64,000 nucleotides of DNA. It comes from Gammaproteobacteria bacterium (lineage in GTDB: Bacteria; Pseudomonadota; Gammaproteobacteria; Arenicellales; JAANXG01). The notes beneath the pieces are model-generated. The model saw only the letters and a program-made list of their open reading frames with translations. It was not told where the DNA came from and ran no database searches. The stretch covers positions 8,801 to 72,800 of the forward strand of contig JAHEIO010000004.1 of the NCBI GenBank assembly GCA_024639325.1, written 5' to 3'. The position numbers were made by a program, and so were the translations under genes. This document shows, piece by piece, positions 9,977-19,900 of the stretch. Position 1 is the first letter of the stretch. Each line of letters begins with the position of its first letter.

Positions 9977-12142
9977 CTAGGCTGAATCCGCGCTCTTCCG
10001 ATGCTGCCTGGACTGCTCGATCAGGGAAAGAACTTCCGTGGCGGCCTCGGTGATGTTCGTCCCCGGTCCGTAGATGGCCGCAACGCCCTTCTCATAAAGT
10101 GCCTGATAGTCCTGCGGCGGGATGATGCCCCCGCATACCACGAGGATATCTCCGGCACCCTGTCGTTTCAGATCGCTCAGCAGCTGGGGCACCAGGGTTT
10201 TGTGCCCGGCGGCTTGCGAGGACACACCGATCAGATGCACATCGTTCTCTATTGCCTGGCGAACCGCCTCTTCGGGCAATTGAAACAACGGACCAATGTC
10301 GACGTCGAATCCGAGGTCGGCGAAGGCCGTTGCTATGACTTTTGCTCCCCGGTCGTGTCCATCCTGGCCCAGCTTCACCACCAGCATCCTGGGCCGACGC
10401 CCCTCTGTTTTCGAAAATGCCTCTACGGCCTCGATGATCTTCATGAATTCTTCGTCGTTCTTGTAGGCTGAGCTGTAAACCCCGCTTATCGAGCGTGACA
10501 CGGCCCGATGGCGGCCCCAGACCGCCTCCATAGCGTCCGAGATCTCACCGACACTGGCGCGCTGCCGCGCAGCGTCGACGGCGAGGGCAAGCAGATTGTC
10601 CTGGTTTTCCGTGCCCCGCTTTAGGGCATCCAGGGCGGCCTGGCATCGCTGCTCATCCCGCCCTTGGCGCACCGCGTGCAGTCTCCTGATCTGAGCCTCC
10701 CGAACCGCCGTATTGTCGATGTCACGAACCTCCACCTCGGGTTCGTCCTCCAGCTGATACCTGTTGACGCCGACCACGACTTCCTCGCCCCGGTCCACCC
10801 GCGCCTGGCGCAGCGCGGCGGACTGCTCGATACGAAGTTTGGGCATCCCGGATTCGACCGCACGCGTCATGCCGCCGATCTCCTCGACTTCGTCGATGAG
10901 CTTGCGCGCTGCCGACGCCAGCGATGCGGTCAGGTGCTCGATGTAGAAGGACCCCGCCAGGGGATCGACTACCCGGGTAACGCCTGTTTCCTCCTGCAGT
11001 ATCAGCTGGGTGTTTCTCGCAATGCGTGCCGAAAACTCGGAAGGTAGGGAAAGCGCTTCATCGAAGGAGTTTGTGTGCAGGGACTGCGTCCCTCCGAGGG
11101 CCGCCGCCAGTGCCTCTATGGTCGTCCTTACGATGTTGTTGTACGGATCCAGGCTTGTCAGGCTCACGCCCGACGTCTGGCAATGCGTCCTCAGCATCAG
11201 GGAGCGCTTGTCGGTCGGTTCGAACAGTTCCTGCATCAGCGTGGACCACAACATCCTTGCCGCACGCAATTTCGCGATTTCCATGAAAAAGTTCATGCCG
11301 ATGGCGAAGAAAAAACTCAGGCGAGGAGCAAACCGATCCACGTCCAGGCCGCCGGCAAGCGCCGCGCGCACATACTCGATCCCGTCGGCAATGGTAAAAG
11401 CGAGTTCCTGCACGCAGGTCGCACCGGCTTCCTGCATGTGGTAACCCGATATGGATATCGAATTGAACTTGGGCATGTGCTGCGAGGAATAGGCGATGAT
11501 ATCCGCCACGATGCGCATCGACGGCTCCGGTGGATAGATATACGTGTTGCGCACCATGAATTCCTTGAGGATATCGTTCTGTATGGTGCCCGCCAGCTTC
11601 TCCGGCGGCACACCCTGCTCTTCGGCTGCGACGATATACATAGCCATTATTGGAAGCGCCGCGCCGTTCATCGTCATCGATACGGACATACGATCGAGCG
11701 GAATTCCGTCGAACAGCATCTTCATGTCTTCGATGGTATCGATTGCGACCCCGGCCTTGCCTACGTCACCCACTACACGGGGGTGGTCCGAGTCGTATCC
11801 GCGGTGGGTGGCCAGATCGAACGCAACGGACAATCCCGACTGTCCCGCGGCAAGATTTCTGCGGTAGAAAGCGTTGGACTCCTCGGCGGTCGAGAAACCG
11901 GCATACTGGCGAACCGTCCAGGGGCGCCCCGCATACATGGTCGCGCGAGGGCCTCTGATATAAGGCGGGAATCCGGGCAAACTGTCGACGAATTCCAGTT
12001 CCGCAAGGTCATCGGCCGTATAAAGCGGTTTCACTGCGATGCCTTCCGGCGTCTCCCAGGTCAGTTCGTCGACGGATCTGCCCCTGAGTTCTTTGGCGGC
12101 GAGATCCCGCCAGTCGTTATTTACATTTTTTGCCGATGTCAC
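9977..12142 (-). CDS. scpA: Methylmalonyl-CoA mutase, single-chain form with C-terminal B12-binding domain
   Basis: 721 aa with GTG start and AAGGAGGA SD. Contains [25 protein letters not shown] and the DxHxxG cobalamin motif ([10 protein letters not shown]). Confidence 0.93.
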   Translation of the reverse strand: MTSAKNVNNDWRDLAAKELRGRSVDELTWETPEGIAVKPLYTADDLAELEFVDSLPGFPPYIRGPRATMYAGRPWTVRQYAGFSTAEESNAFYRRNLAAGQSGLSVAFDLATHRGYDSDHPRVVGDVGKAGVAIDTIEDMKMLFDGIPLDRMSVSMTMNGAALPIMAMYIVAAEEQGVPPEKLAGTIQNDILKEFMVRNTYIYPPEPSMRIVADIIAYSSQHMPKFNSISISGYHMQEAGATCVQELAFTIADGIEYVRAALAGGLDVDRFAPRLSFFFAIGMNFFMEIAKLRAARMLWSTLMQELFEPTDKRSLMLRTHCQTSGVSLTSLDPYNNIVRTTIEALAAALGGTQSLHTNSFDEALSLPSEFSARIARNTQLILQEETGVTRVVDPLAGSFYIEHLTASLASAARKLIDEVEEIGGMTRAVESGMPKLRIEQSAALRQARVDRGEEVVVGVNRYQLEDEPEVEVRDIDNTAVREAQIRRLHAVRQGRDEQRCQAALDALKRGTENQDNLLALAVDAARQRASVGEISDAMEAVWGRHRAVSRSISGVYSSAYKNDEEFMKIIEAVEAFSKTEGRRPRMLVVKLGQDGHDRGAKVIATAFADLGFDVDIGPLFQLPEEAVRQAIENDVHLIGVSSQAAGHKTLVPQLLSDLKRQGAGDILVVCGGIIPPQDYQALYEKGVAAIYGPGTNITEAATEVLSLIEQSRQHRKSADSA

Positions 12143-12217
12143 CGGGTCATCCTCCTTGCGATGCAGCGCCCGAATGCGCCGCTTTATGCGGTGCCGGAGC
12201 GCGGATTAGAGTTGCGC

Positions 12218-12255
12218 ATTATACGCGAGAGAGAGAAATGTTGCAGTGCCGCAAT
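12218..12255 (-). promoter_or_regulatory. Putative promoter of the mutase-pcc-meaB-mce operon with an overlapping PhaR-type operator-like box
   Basis: The minus strand reads ATTGCGGCACTGCAACA-15 nt-TATAAT. The -10 is at 12218-12223. The box at 12239-12255 covers the -35 position and matches the phaP tandem repeat at 14 of 17 positions. Confidence 0.5.
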
Positions 12256-12342
12256 ATCGCCGCGTGGTGGAGATGACGCGGTGTGTGTACAGACTCAGGC
12301 CGTTGAACTGGTCCGACTTCGACGAGGGGGTAGACAGATGGT

Positions 12343-13419
12343 TCAGTCTCTTTCTGCCAGCCACCCGCCGATGGCGGGGGGTATCGTCTTCTGTGATTTT
12401 CCACTGACGTAGATACCGATGTGACCGCCGTCGAAGGTAAGCTCCTGATAATCCGCCGATCCGACGAGGTCCTTAAGCGCCCGGGATGAGTCTGGCGGAA
12501 CTAGGTGATCCTGTGTGGCGTAGACATTCAACACGGGGATATCGATTTCCCCAAGTTCGATGGATCTGTCTCCGATCCTCAACCCGCCCGCTATCAGACC
12601 GTTCTTGTGGAAGAATTCCCTGACGAACTGGCGGAACGCCTCTCCGGCCTGGTCCGGGCTGTCGAAGATCCATTTCTCCATCTGCATGAAGTTCCTCGCG
12701 CTGTTTTCATCCTTGATTATGTCCACCATGTCGACATACTTCTGGCCCATGAGTTGAAACGGCTTCAGGTTCAGGAAGGTCCAGTTGAGCAATTCACCCG
12801 GTACGTTACCCAGAGTATCCACCAGGAGATCGATATCCACGTGTTCAACGCTTTTGGTCAAGATGTTGTCTGCTGTCCTGAAATCCACGGGGGTTACCAT
12901 CGTAACCAGGTTTTTTATCTTTTCCTGATGCGTCGCTGTGTAACAAAGGCTGAAGGTGCCCCCCTGACAAATACCCAGCAGATTGATTTTCTCTCTCCCG
13001 AGCGATTTTCGGATAGCGTCCACACAGCGGTCGATATAGCCGTTGATATAGTCGTCCAGGGTGAGGAACCTGTCCGCCCGGTCCGGGTAACCCCAATCGA
13101 TGAGATATACATCCATTCCGGCATCGAGCAGCCCCCGTATCATCGACCGATTCTCCTGAAGATCGGTCATGTAGGGCCTGTTGACCAGTGCGTATACGAT
13201 CAGCAACGGCACCCGTGGAAGCTTATCCAACTGATCCGCGGCTTTGTATCTGTAAAGAACGAGTTTGTCTTCGTCATATACGGCATCGCGTTCGGTCACA
13301 CCCGTTTCCAAATCCCCTAGCCCGCTGAGTCTGCTCAGGCCCGCACCAAGCTTCCGCGCAAAATCGGCCATCTCCCTGGAGACCTGTTCCGGATGCAGTT
13401 GAAACGGGATCCGGGTCAC
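12343..13419 (-). CDS. phaC: Class III poly(3-hydroxyalkanoate) synthase, catalytic subunit PhaC
   Basis: 358 aa, the class III size. It has a lipase-box-like GICQGGT motif with the catalytic Cys and lies immediately downstream of phaE. Confidence 0.88.
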   Translation of the reverse strand: MTRIPFQLHPEQVSREMADFARKLGAGLSRLSGLGDLETGVTERDAVYDEDKLVLYRYKAADQLDKLPRVPLLIVYALVNRPYMTDLQENRSMIRGLLDAGMDVYLIDWGYPDRADRFLTLDDYINGYIDRCVDAIRKSLGREKINLLGICQGGTFSLCYTATHQEKIKNLVTMVTPVDFRTADNILTKSVEHVDIDLLVDTLGNVPGELLNWTFLNLKPFQLMGQKYVDMVDIIKDENSARNFMQMEKWIFDSPDQAGEAFRQFVREFFHKNGLIAGGLRIGDRSIELGEIDIPVLNVYATQDHLVPPDSSRALKDLVGSADYQELTFDGGHIGIYVSGKSQKTIPPAIGGWLAERD

Positions 13420-13488
13420 CCTAAGCTGCCCATGGTCGATTGAGGTGTGTTGCGGTTCAACGTTTCTCTCCTCGCAGCTTTATTTTGT

Positions 13489-14541
13489 TCACCGGTTTTT
13501 TTTCGTTTCACCGGCGCCCTGCTTTCGTATTGCTTTCTTTGGCGAAGTTTTTTTGCGACCAGGCGCTTTCTTCACGGCGGTTTGCGATCTTCCCCTGGAC
13601 AATCTTTCGATCCTGCCGCAGAGTTCGGTTACCTGGCGTGTCAGGTCCGCTTCCCGGCGTTTCAGCATCTCAACCCGCTGTTCGAGATCTTTGGAGGTAC
13701 GCCTCGCGGCCTGGGATCGAAGATTTATGGTATCCATTTCCCGCCGCGTCGGCATGTTCATCATGTCGACCCAATCATCCATCATCATTGCAGCTTGCTG
13801 TTTCAACGCCATCAGCGCGTTGACCCTATCTCCATGCAGTCTGGCGTACTCATCGGTCATGGTGCGGGCCTGATACACCGCCTCGCTGCAGTCCACCCAC
13901 AGATCGTAGAATTCCCGGACCGTTTTGAGCGGCTCCGCTCCGTCTTCAACTCGCGCCGTCAAACGCTCGCGCATCGAATCGAGCGACTCCTTGCTCATTT
14001 CGACAAAAAAATTGTTATAGCTCTGCTGGGTCTTCAGGTAGTCGAGCGTCAGCCGGTTTAGCTTCTGCATACCCGCCTGGGATTCGCGCGTATAGCCCAG
14101 CCCGGGGATAGACAAGAGCTGTTCCCACTTGGCCCGTGGATCAAATGCCGGTTGTCCGCCAACCGCCGCAAGCTGGTCGCTGGAAAATCCGGGCATCGAG
14201 GAAACCATGCTTTGCCAATTGGCCAGAGGCATCTGCCAGAAAAGGTTCCGGGCCTGATTCGTGGACGGCGTGTCGAAAGCCTGATTCAATTCATTGAACA
14301 TACGGTCCAGACTGGCCTGCCAGTCCGTGCCGGTGCTGTTGCCCGGATCGAGTTTTGCCAGTTCCTCCCCCAACTGGAAAAAAGAATGACTCTGCGCGGC
14401 GATTTTCTCGAAAACCGGGAGCGACGACGAGTCACCCTGCCTGGAAAACTGCCGCCACCAATCCTCGAGGGTACTTTGCCAGGGCTGGTGTGACAGCAGG
14501 TCCCGCCAGGATTCAAACCACTGGTCGCTCCAATTACTCAT
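13489..14541 (-). CDS. phaE: Class III PHA synthase subunit PhaE
   Basis: 350 aa with a W-rich N-terminus (MSNWSDQWFESWRDLL...) and a lysine-rich tail. Its position upstream of a class III phaC matches Chromatiaceae-type phaEC operons. Confidence 0.75.
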   Translation of the reverse strand: MSNWSDQWFESWRDLLSHQPWQSTLEDWWRQFSRQGDSSSLPVFEKIAAQSHSFFQLGEELAKLDPGNSTGTDWQASLDRMFNELNQAFDTPSTNQARNLFWQMPLANWQSMVSSMPGFSSDQLAAVGGQPAFDPRAKWEQLLSIPGLGYTRESQAGMQKLNRLTLDYLKTQQSYNNFFVEMSKESLDSMRERLTARVEDGAEPLKTVREFYDLWVDCSEAVYQARTMTDEYARLHGDRVNALMALKQQAAMMMDDWVDMMNMPTRREMDTINLRSQAARRTSKDLEQRVEMLKRREADLTRQVTELCGRIERLSRGRSQTAVKKAPGRKKTSPKKAIRKQGAGETKKNR

Positions 14542-14594
14542 CGCGCGTAGTGACTAAAGGGGTCCGGGTGAGGCGCCGGACTGTAGCAAACATA

Positions 14595-14611
14595 ATTGTG
14601 CATCGCAACAA
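14595..14611. promoter_or_regulatory. TGC-rich box (ATTGTGCATCGCAACAA) in the phaE/phaR divergent region, a possible PhaR autoregulatory site
   Basis: Shares the ATTG..TGCA..GCA.CAA skeleton with the phaP operator repeats. It is followed by TATGAT/TAATAC -10-like hexamers. Confidence 0.3.
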
Positions 14612-14682
14612 AACACGTTATGATGATGTTAATACTACATTTTTTGGGGATGGTTCAGGATGACCACCTTGAGAACGGGCGT

Positions 14683-15159
14683 ATGAGAATCATCAAGAAA
14701 TACCCTAACCGGCGCTTGTACGATACGGAACAAAGCCGTTATATCACGCTGGTGGATCTGCAACAGCTGGTATTAGAGGAAGAGGATTTCCAGGTCATAG
14801 ACGCCAACTCCAGCGCTGATCTCACCCGGAATATCCTACTCCAGATCATCGCTGAACAGGAAAGCGGTGGAAAACCCATGTTCACCGCCGACATTCTGAT
14901 GCGGATCATCAGATTATACGGAGATTCCGTGCAGGATACGCTTACCCAGTATCTCGAAAAAAGCCTGAGTCTGTTCGATGAGCAGCAGCGAGCACTGCAG
15001 GATCAGATGCGGGGTGCTCTGCATGAGAATCCAATGACGTCGCTGATGACCGAGCTGACCAAGAAGAATCTCGAGATATGGCAGGATGTCCAGGACAGTT
15101 TTTTCAAGGCCTCGGCCATGCCCGGAAAATCCGAAAAAAAAGAAGACAAACCGGAATAA
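14683..15159 (+). CDS. phaR: PHA synthesis repressor PhaR
   Basis: MRIIKKYPNRRLYDTEQSRYITL...LTRNILLQIIAEQE is the conserved PhaR N-terminal DNA-binding region. I chose the ATG at 14683 rather than the ORF-track start at 14596. Confidence 0.88.
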   Translation: MRIIKKYPNRRLYDTEQSRYITLVDLQQLVLEEEDFQVIDANSSADLTRNILLQIIAEQESGGKPMFTADILMRIIRLYGDSVQDTLTQYLEKSLSLFDEQQRALQDQMRGALHENPMTSLMTELTKKNLEIWQDVQDSFFKASAMPGKSEKKEDKPE

Positions 15160-15244
15160 CCACGATCTACCGCGCCGTATAGCGGCCCAAAGCCGTGGAA
15201 ATCAGACTGACGGTTTTTTAGATTTCCTTGATGGAATCGCCTAA

Positions 15245-15258
15245 TGCGGGCTAGCCCG
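15245..15258. repeat. Third copy of the palindromic motif (TGCGGGCTAGCCCG)
   Basis: Read directly, in the phaR-phaP intergenic region 85 nt after the phaR stop. Confidence 0.5.
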
Positions 15259-15291
15259 TCAAAATCTTAACGGAATATTCGAAAACGAGGC

Positions 15292-15348
15292 TTGACAACG
15301 GAAAAGCAAGGAATTATGCTGCACTGCACAAATTGCTGCACTGCACAA
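15292..15348 (+). promoter_or_regulatory. phaP promoter (TTGACA-17 nt-TATGCT) overlapped by a tandem 17-bp operator-like repeat
   Basis: The -35 is at 15292-15297 and the -10 at 15315-15320. The tandem units TATGCTGCACTGCACAA (15315-15331) and ATTGCTGCACTGCACAA (15332-15348) are identical at 16 of 17 positions. Confidence 0.6.
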
Positions 15349-15391
15349 TAAACTACTTTGTCAACTTTGTTATCGAGAGGTATACCGGAAA

Positions 15392-15769
15392 ATGCAGAAC
15401 GACTACTTCAAATCGCTAAATGAATTCAGCGCCAATGCGATGGAAGCGGCTAAATCATTGGGCGAAATTAACAGCAAACTCATGGAAAAGACCATTGCAC
15501 TGCAGATGAAAGCCGCCGACCTGATGGTCGAAGGCAGCATGAAGCAGGGCCAGATGGTGCAGGAAACCAAGGAAGTAAAAGACTACCTCGCCAAACAGGC
15601 GAGCCTAGTCGAGGAGTATGCCGAGAAATTCGTTGAATTGGCGAAATCAAATGTCGAGCTGGCTCAGGAAGCCGGCGATGACTACAAGGCCTGGGTCGAG
15701 AAGAACATGAAAACCGCCGACAAGGTGGCCAAGACTGTCGCCAAGAAGGCACCAGTCAAAGCTGCGTAA
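15392..15769 (+). CDS. phaP: Phasin (PHA granule-associated protein)
   Basis: 125 aa, alanine/lysine/glutamate-rich and amphipathic-helical, with a phasin-like N-terminus (FKSLNEFSANAMEAAKSLGEINSKLMEK). It lies downstream of phaR and is followed by a strong terminator. Confidence 0.75.
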   Translation: MQNDYFKSLNEFSANAMEAAKSLGEINSKLMEKTIALQMKAADLMVEGSMKQGQMVQETKEVKDYLAKQASLVEEYAEKFVELAKSNVELAQEAGDDYKAWVEKNMKTADKVAKTVAKKAPVKAA

Positions 15770-15811
15770 AGCGGATTCTTAGTGCCCTCTGGTGCGCTTC
15801 GGCGCAGCAGA

Positions 15812-15848
15812 AAACCCGCACCTCGAGAGGGGTGCGGGTTTTTTTTGT
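15812..15848 (+). terminator. Rho-independent terminator after phaP
   Basis: AACCCGCACC-loop-GGTGCGGGTT followed by a run of 8 T. Confidence 0.85.
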
Positions 15849-15922
15849 TGGTCCGGTGATTTCAATCATCGCCCGGGTCATATAGACTGAATTGGGCAAA
15901 GGACAAAAAAATACAACAGGAC

Positions 15923-16942
15923 ATGGGCCAATCCTCATCGCGCAGCATTCTTCTGGTCGACGACGATCAAATCATTTTGGACACCCTGGGCTACGGCCTG
16001 CAGAAGTCGTCCTACATCGTCACGCAATGCGGCTCTGCGCGAGACGCGCTTGAACAGTACACCAGCTCACCACCGGATCTCGCCATTATCGACATTGGCC
16101 TGCCCGATATGAGAGGCACCGAATTGGCAGAGCAGTTGCTTCTGTATCGGTATCGCCCGATCTTGATCCTGTCCAGCCACAGTGAACCGGAGTGGATCGA
16201 CCGGGCAATCGGGTCCGGCGCCATCGGTTATCTGGTAAAACCCCTGACCCCGTCGCAGCTCATCCCAAGCATCGAGACGGCGTTGGCAAGATTCGGTGAC
16301 ATCAATCAAAGCATCGCCGGCAATTTCGCCAAAGGGGATATATCGGAGTCTCAGCTACGAGCGGCGATGGACCAGTTTTCTTTCGGTATCGTGATCATCG
16401 ACCAGGATCGTCGGATCATCCTATGCAACAGCGTTGGGCAAAGGTTCCTGGGCGACGCCAGACTCCTCAGGAACGCCAGTGGTAAATTGAAAACCACCGT
16501 GAGGAACGATCAGCTGACGGCCCTGCTTGATCAAAGCCTAGGCGAAATCAACGGCCATTCCGCACCCGCCGCGTTCTGCATGCACGACGACATAAATGAA
16601 AAGACAACCCAAATATGGGCGACACCGCTGCATGTCCCGGGGCACGGCACGGAACAGACCGCGATCGTGATCATCAACGACTCATCTCACAACACCGCTG
16701 TTCCATCATTTCTGTTCAAGAGCATGTATGGATTTACTGAAAAGGAATGCAAGCTGGCACACGCTCTGACAAATGGCGTGTCGATTAACCAATACTGCGA
16801 AAAAGTGTACGTCACGCCCAATACCGCGCGTACGCACCTGAAATCCATCTATCGCAAAACTTCGACTAATCGACAGGCGGAACTGATCTGTCTCCTGTCC
16901 CGTTTATATATCAACCTGACCGATGGGAACGGCGAAGACTAG
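15923..16942 (+). CDS. Response regulator with receiver, PAS-like middle and LuxR-type HTH domains (orphan)
   Basis: REC motifs (ILLVDDD, DLAIIDIGLPDMRG, GYLVKP). The middle region resembles a PAS fold (FGIVIIDQDRRIILCN). The C-terminal LuxR HTH reads FTEKECKLAHALTNGVSINQYCEKVYVTPNTARTHLKSIYRK. Confidence 0.8.
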   Translation: MGQSSSRSILLVDDDQIILDTLGYGLQKSSYIVTQCGSARDALEQYTSSPPDLAIIDIGLPDMRGTELAEQLLLYRYRPILILSSHSEPEWIDRAIGSGAIGYLVKPLTPSQLIPSIETALARFGDINQSIAGNFAKGDISESQLRAAMDQFSFGIVIIDQDRRIILCNSVGQRFLGDARLLRNASGKLKTTVRNDQLTALLDQSLGEINGHSAPAAFCMHDDINEKTTQIWATPLHVPGHGTEQTAIVIINDSSHNTAVPSFLFKSMYGFTEKECKLAHALTNGVSINQYCEKVYVTPNTARTHLKSIYRKTSTNRQAELICLLSRLYINLTDGNGED

Positions 16943-19900
16943 CCTGTATATCCTGTTTGACGCCAACGATTTGGCGTGATCCCGCGAAGACCTCACCGGT
17001 CCGGCCATGAATCGAGAGCACGTCGCCGGCGTGTACGGTGTGGGCGGGGTCGCCGTTGGCGTCCACCAGGATAGCCTCTGCCGGAGCCACCCGCAGTTCC
17101 GCCACGCCCAGGACCGCGCTGTAGGGTCTGTCTTCGATGCCATGCACGGCGACCGCGGCGTGCGACGTCGAGCCGCCTCGAGCCGCCAGCAGCCCGCCCA
17201 CTGAAAGGATCAACGGAATTTCGTCGGGAACCGGATTTTCCAGAACCAGCAGCACCCCATCCACTTCCTGACCGGGGTCGTGCATCGTCTCTGTGAGACG
17301 CTTGACATCCGCCTCGTCGAAGGCGACCAGCCCGCGGTAAGCACCGCCGCTGATGCCAATGCCGCGCCCCCCTGGCGCGCCCGGGTCGTCGAACGTACGG
17401 GGACTGTACTGCATTTCCACCTGTGCGCTACGTGCCTGCAGCACGCTCAGCACGCCGCGGTCAACGGTGAATTCGATCTCCGCATCGGAGCCGAGGTAGC
17501 GGCGCAGGCGAGCGCTGATGTGGTTCAGTTTGCGTTCGAGCATCGGCGCCAGGGAATGCAGACGCTGCACCGGCTCAAAGGATTTCGCCGCCGTCAGCCC
17601 CCCCACCAGGTCATCGCCACAGGCACTAAATTTCACATCTCCGGTGAACGCGCGAAATCCGCAGACCTGCATGCGCGTCTTGGGAATCACACCGGTGAGT
17701 GACATGCGCATCTCGTCCATTCCCGGCTGTAATTCCTCTGTATTAGACCGGTTGCCCGATGCCATCTGCTGCACGATCGCCGCCGTATGCCATCCCTCGC
17801 TCAGATGCTTGATGGCCCGGTAGCGGCGCGCCCGTTCCCGGTTCCAGGAGGTGTGCACCGCCCCCAGGGCGGTGTGCAACTGATGTTCAACGCTGCCAAG
17901 AATCGCCTCCAGCTGATCCGCGTAGCCCGCATCCCGAATCGCGTCCTTCGAAGATTCGACCACCTCGCGCATGGCCACTCCCGAAAGCTGGGTCTTGAGC
18001 GCCGCATTGTTGCGACGCTTGGCTTGTTCGACCAGACCCAGTGGCTCGAGGTCCAGTTGCCACACGGCCGAGGCATAAGACACCAGGAAGCGCCGGTAGG
18101 CATCCCATGCATACCACTCGTCATCGCGTGCCAAGGCCTCCGCCACCGCGTCGGTCATGCCGACGAAAACCACCGTCGCCAGCATGCCCGGCATCGAGAA
18201 CACGGAGCCGCCGCGCACGGCGAGCAGCAGCGGCGCATCGGCATCACCGAGATGCAAGGGTGTCCCCTCATTGCGAGCGATGTCATCCTCGAGTAGCTGT
18301 AAGTGCCGCAATACTTCGCGCTCGAAGCGCCTCCGGTCGCTGTTGTGCAGGCCCAGACGCGGCAGCACCGTCGGGATAATGAAGCCGTCTCGCGTTGGGA
18401 TGCCGAGATAGGCAATGTAGATCAGCCCGCTGCCTTTGCCCCCGTAGCGCGCCTGCAGGCTGACGGATTCCCGGTTCTCGACCCGGTCCACGATATCTTG
18501 CGTGTGCGACAGGTGAACGAAGTCCCACGGTCCCTCACCGGCACTCCCTTGACCCGCCCAGGACAGATCACTGCCGCATTCAGAGATATATTCCCGCGCC
18601 AAGTCCGAAAAGTGCACAAGGCTGTTCAGGTCATGCATCGTGCGCTGGAAGTTGGCCAGCACCCCACGCATTTCGTCGTCTGCATAGCCCAGCTGCCCGG
18701 CCATGACTTCGTAAGCTTCGCTGACACGTTTCACCAATCGGTGGTAGTTGCGTTGAATCTGGGCAAGCACGTCGAGCAGTTCGGACGGCGCCCGCTCCGC
18801 ATTGACCAGCATCACCGACAGGTCCCACAGTTCGCGCGAGAACAGACCATCCTGCTCCAGGCTGCCGGCACACAGGTGCACGATGCGCAAACACTCTTCC
18901 AGTGCCACACCCCGCTCCATGTAGCCCGAAGCGACGTGTCTCAAGGCGAGAAACCCCAACTCCTCCAAAAGACAATCGAGCTGATATAAAAGATAGCGCT
19001 GGCTGGTGAAGACGCCGCTGCCGACCAAGGACTCGAGTTCGCGTCGCAGCGCACAGCTGCGTTCGAACGCATCAAACGGTGCGCCACCTCGATAACGTTC
19101 GAGCAGCTCGTCTAGCGAGGCAAATAGGGCGTCCTGGTGGTGATGACGCATCCCCCGGCAGAACGCATTCACCGCCGTGCGCGCGTCGCGTTCGACCTCG
19201 TCGGCAGGAAATCCGGCTTCGTCTGGCATGACCTCCTGCAAATGCTTCAGGCTCTTTTCAAACGGCTCGCGGACATCGTCCGGCCAGGCGCCGTCCCTCA
19301 GCTTGCTCGCAAAGCTGCCTAGACGATGCTGATAGACCCACCGGTTACCTGCCCGAATGCCATTGGCAACCAGGGATTCGAGCTCCTCGTCCAGGATTTT
19401 TGTCGATTCGCAGCGCACCAGTTCGTCCGCGTAAGTATTGCGCCACTCGACAAGGCGCTGCGCAATTTGCGAACTGTCCAGGAGCTGCTCGAGATTGACG
19501 ATGACACGCTTCACCAGTTCCAACGCCCCGCTGCACGATCGGGCAGCTTCATCGGCCGGGCCGGGAACCTCCCTGGCCGCGTCCGGAAAATCCGCTTCGC
19601 CGGTCTGCAGCCATTGCCGGTATGCGCGCGCCAGGTCGAGTGTGTGTTTGCCCATCGCATGGTGCGTGCTTCTTCGGATTTCGTTGGTTATCGCACTGCC
19701 GCGCACGTGCACCTCGGCAAGATCGATCGTATCCTGCCAGACTTCGTCGATCAGCTTGGGCCGCGACACCAAACCCGAGATACTGCGGACAAGTATGCGT
19801 GTCGGCAATCGCAGACGGGATGCAAATGGGCCGTTCATGAATTCTGCCAGCTGGTCGCGGACAAGCCTGATTTCGGGCCGGAGATTCTTGGCGCCCGGCA

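Noticed and set aside
12143-12342. Possible cobalamin riboswitch upstream of the B12-dependent mutase
   Set aside because: The leader between the TATAAT (12218-12223) and the GTG start is only about 70 nt. I could not find the B12-box or the multi-helix core.
14596-14682. N-terminal 29-aa extension of phaR given by the ORF track
   Set aside because: PhaR homology begins at MRIIKKYPNRRLYD. The extension (MCIATKHVMMMLILHF...) would run through the putative promoter and operator region.
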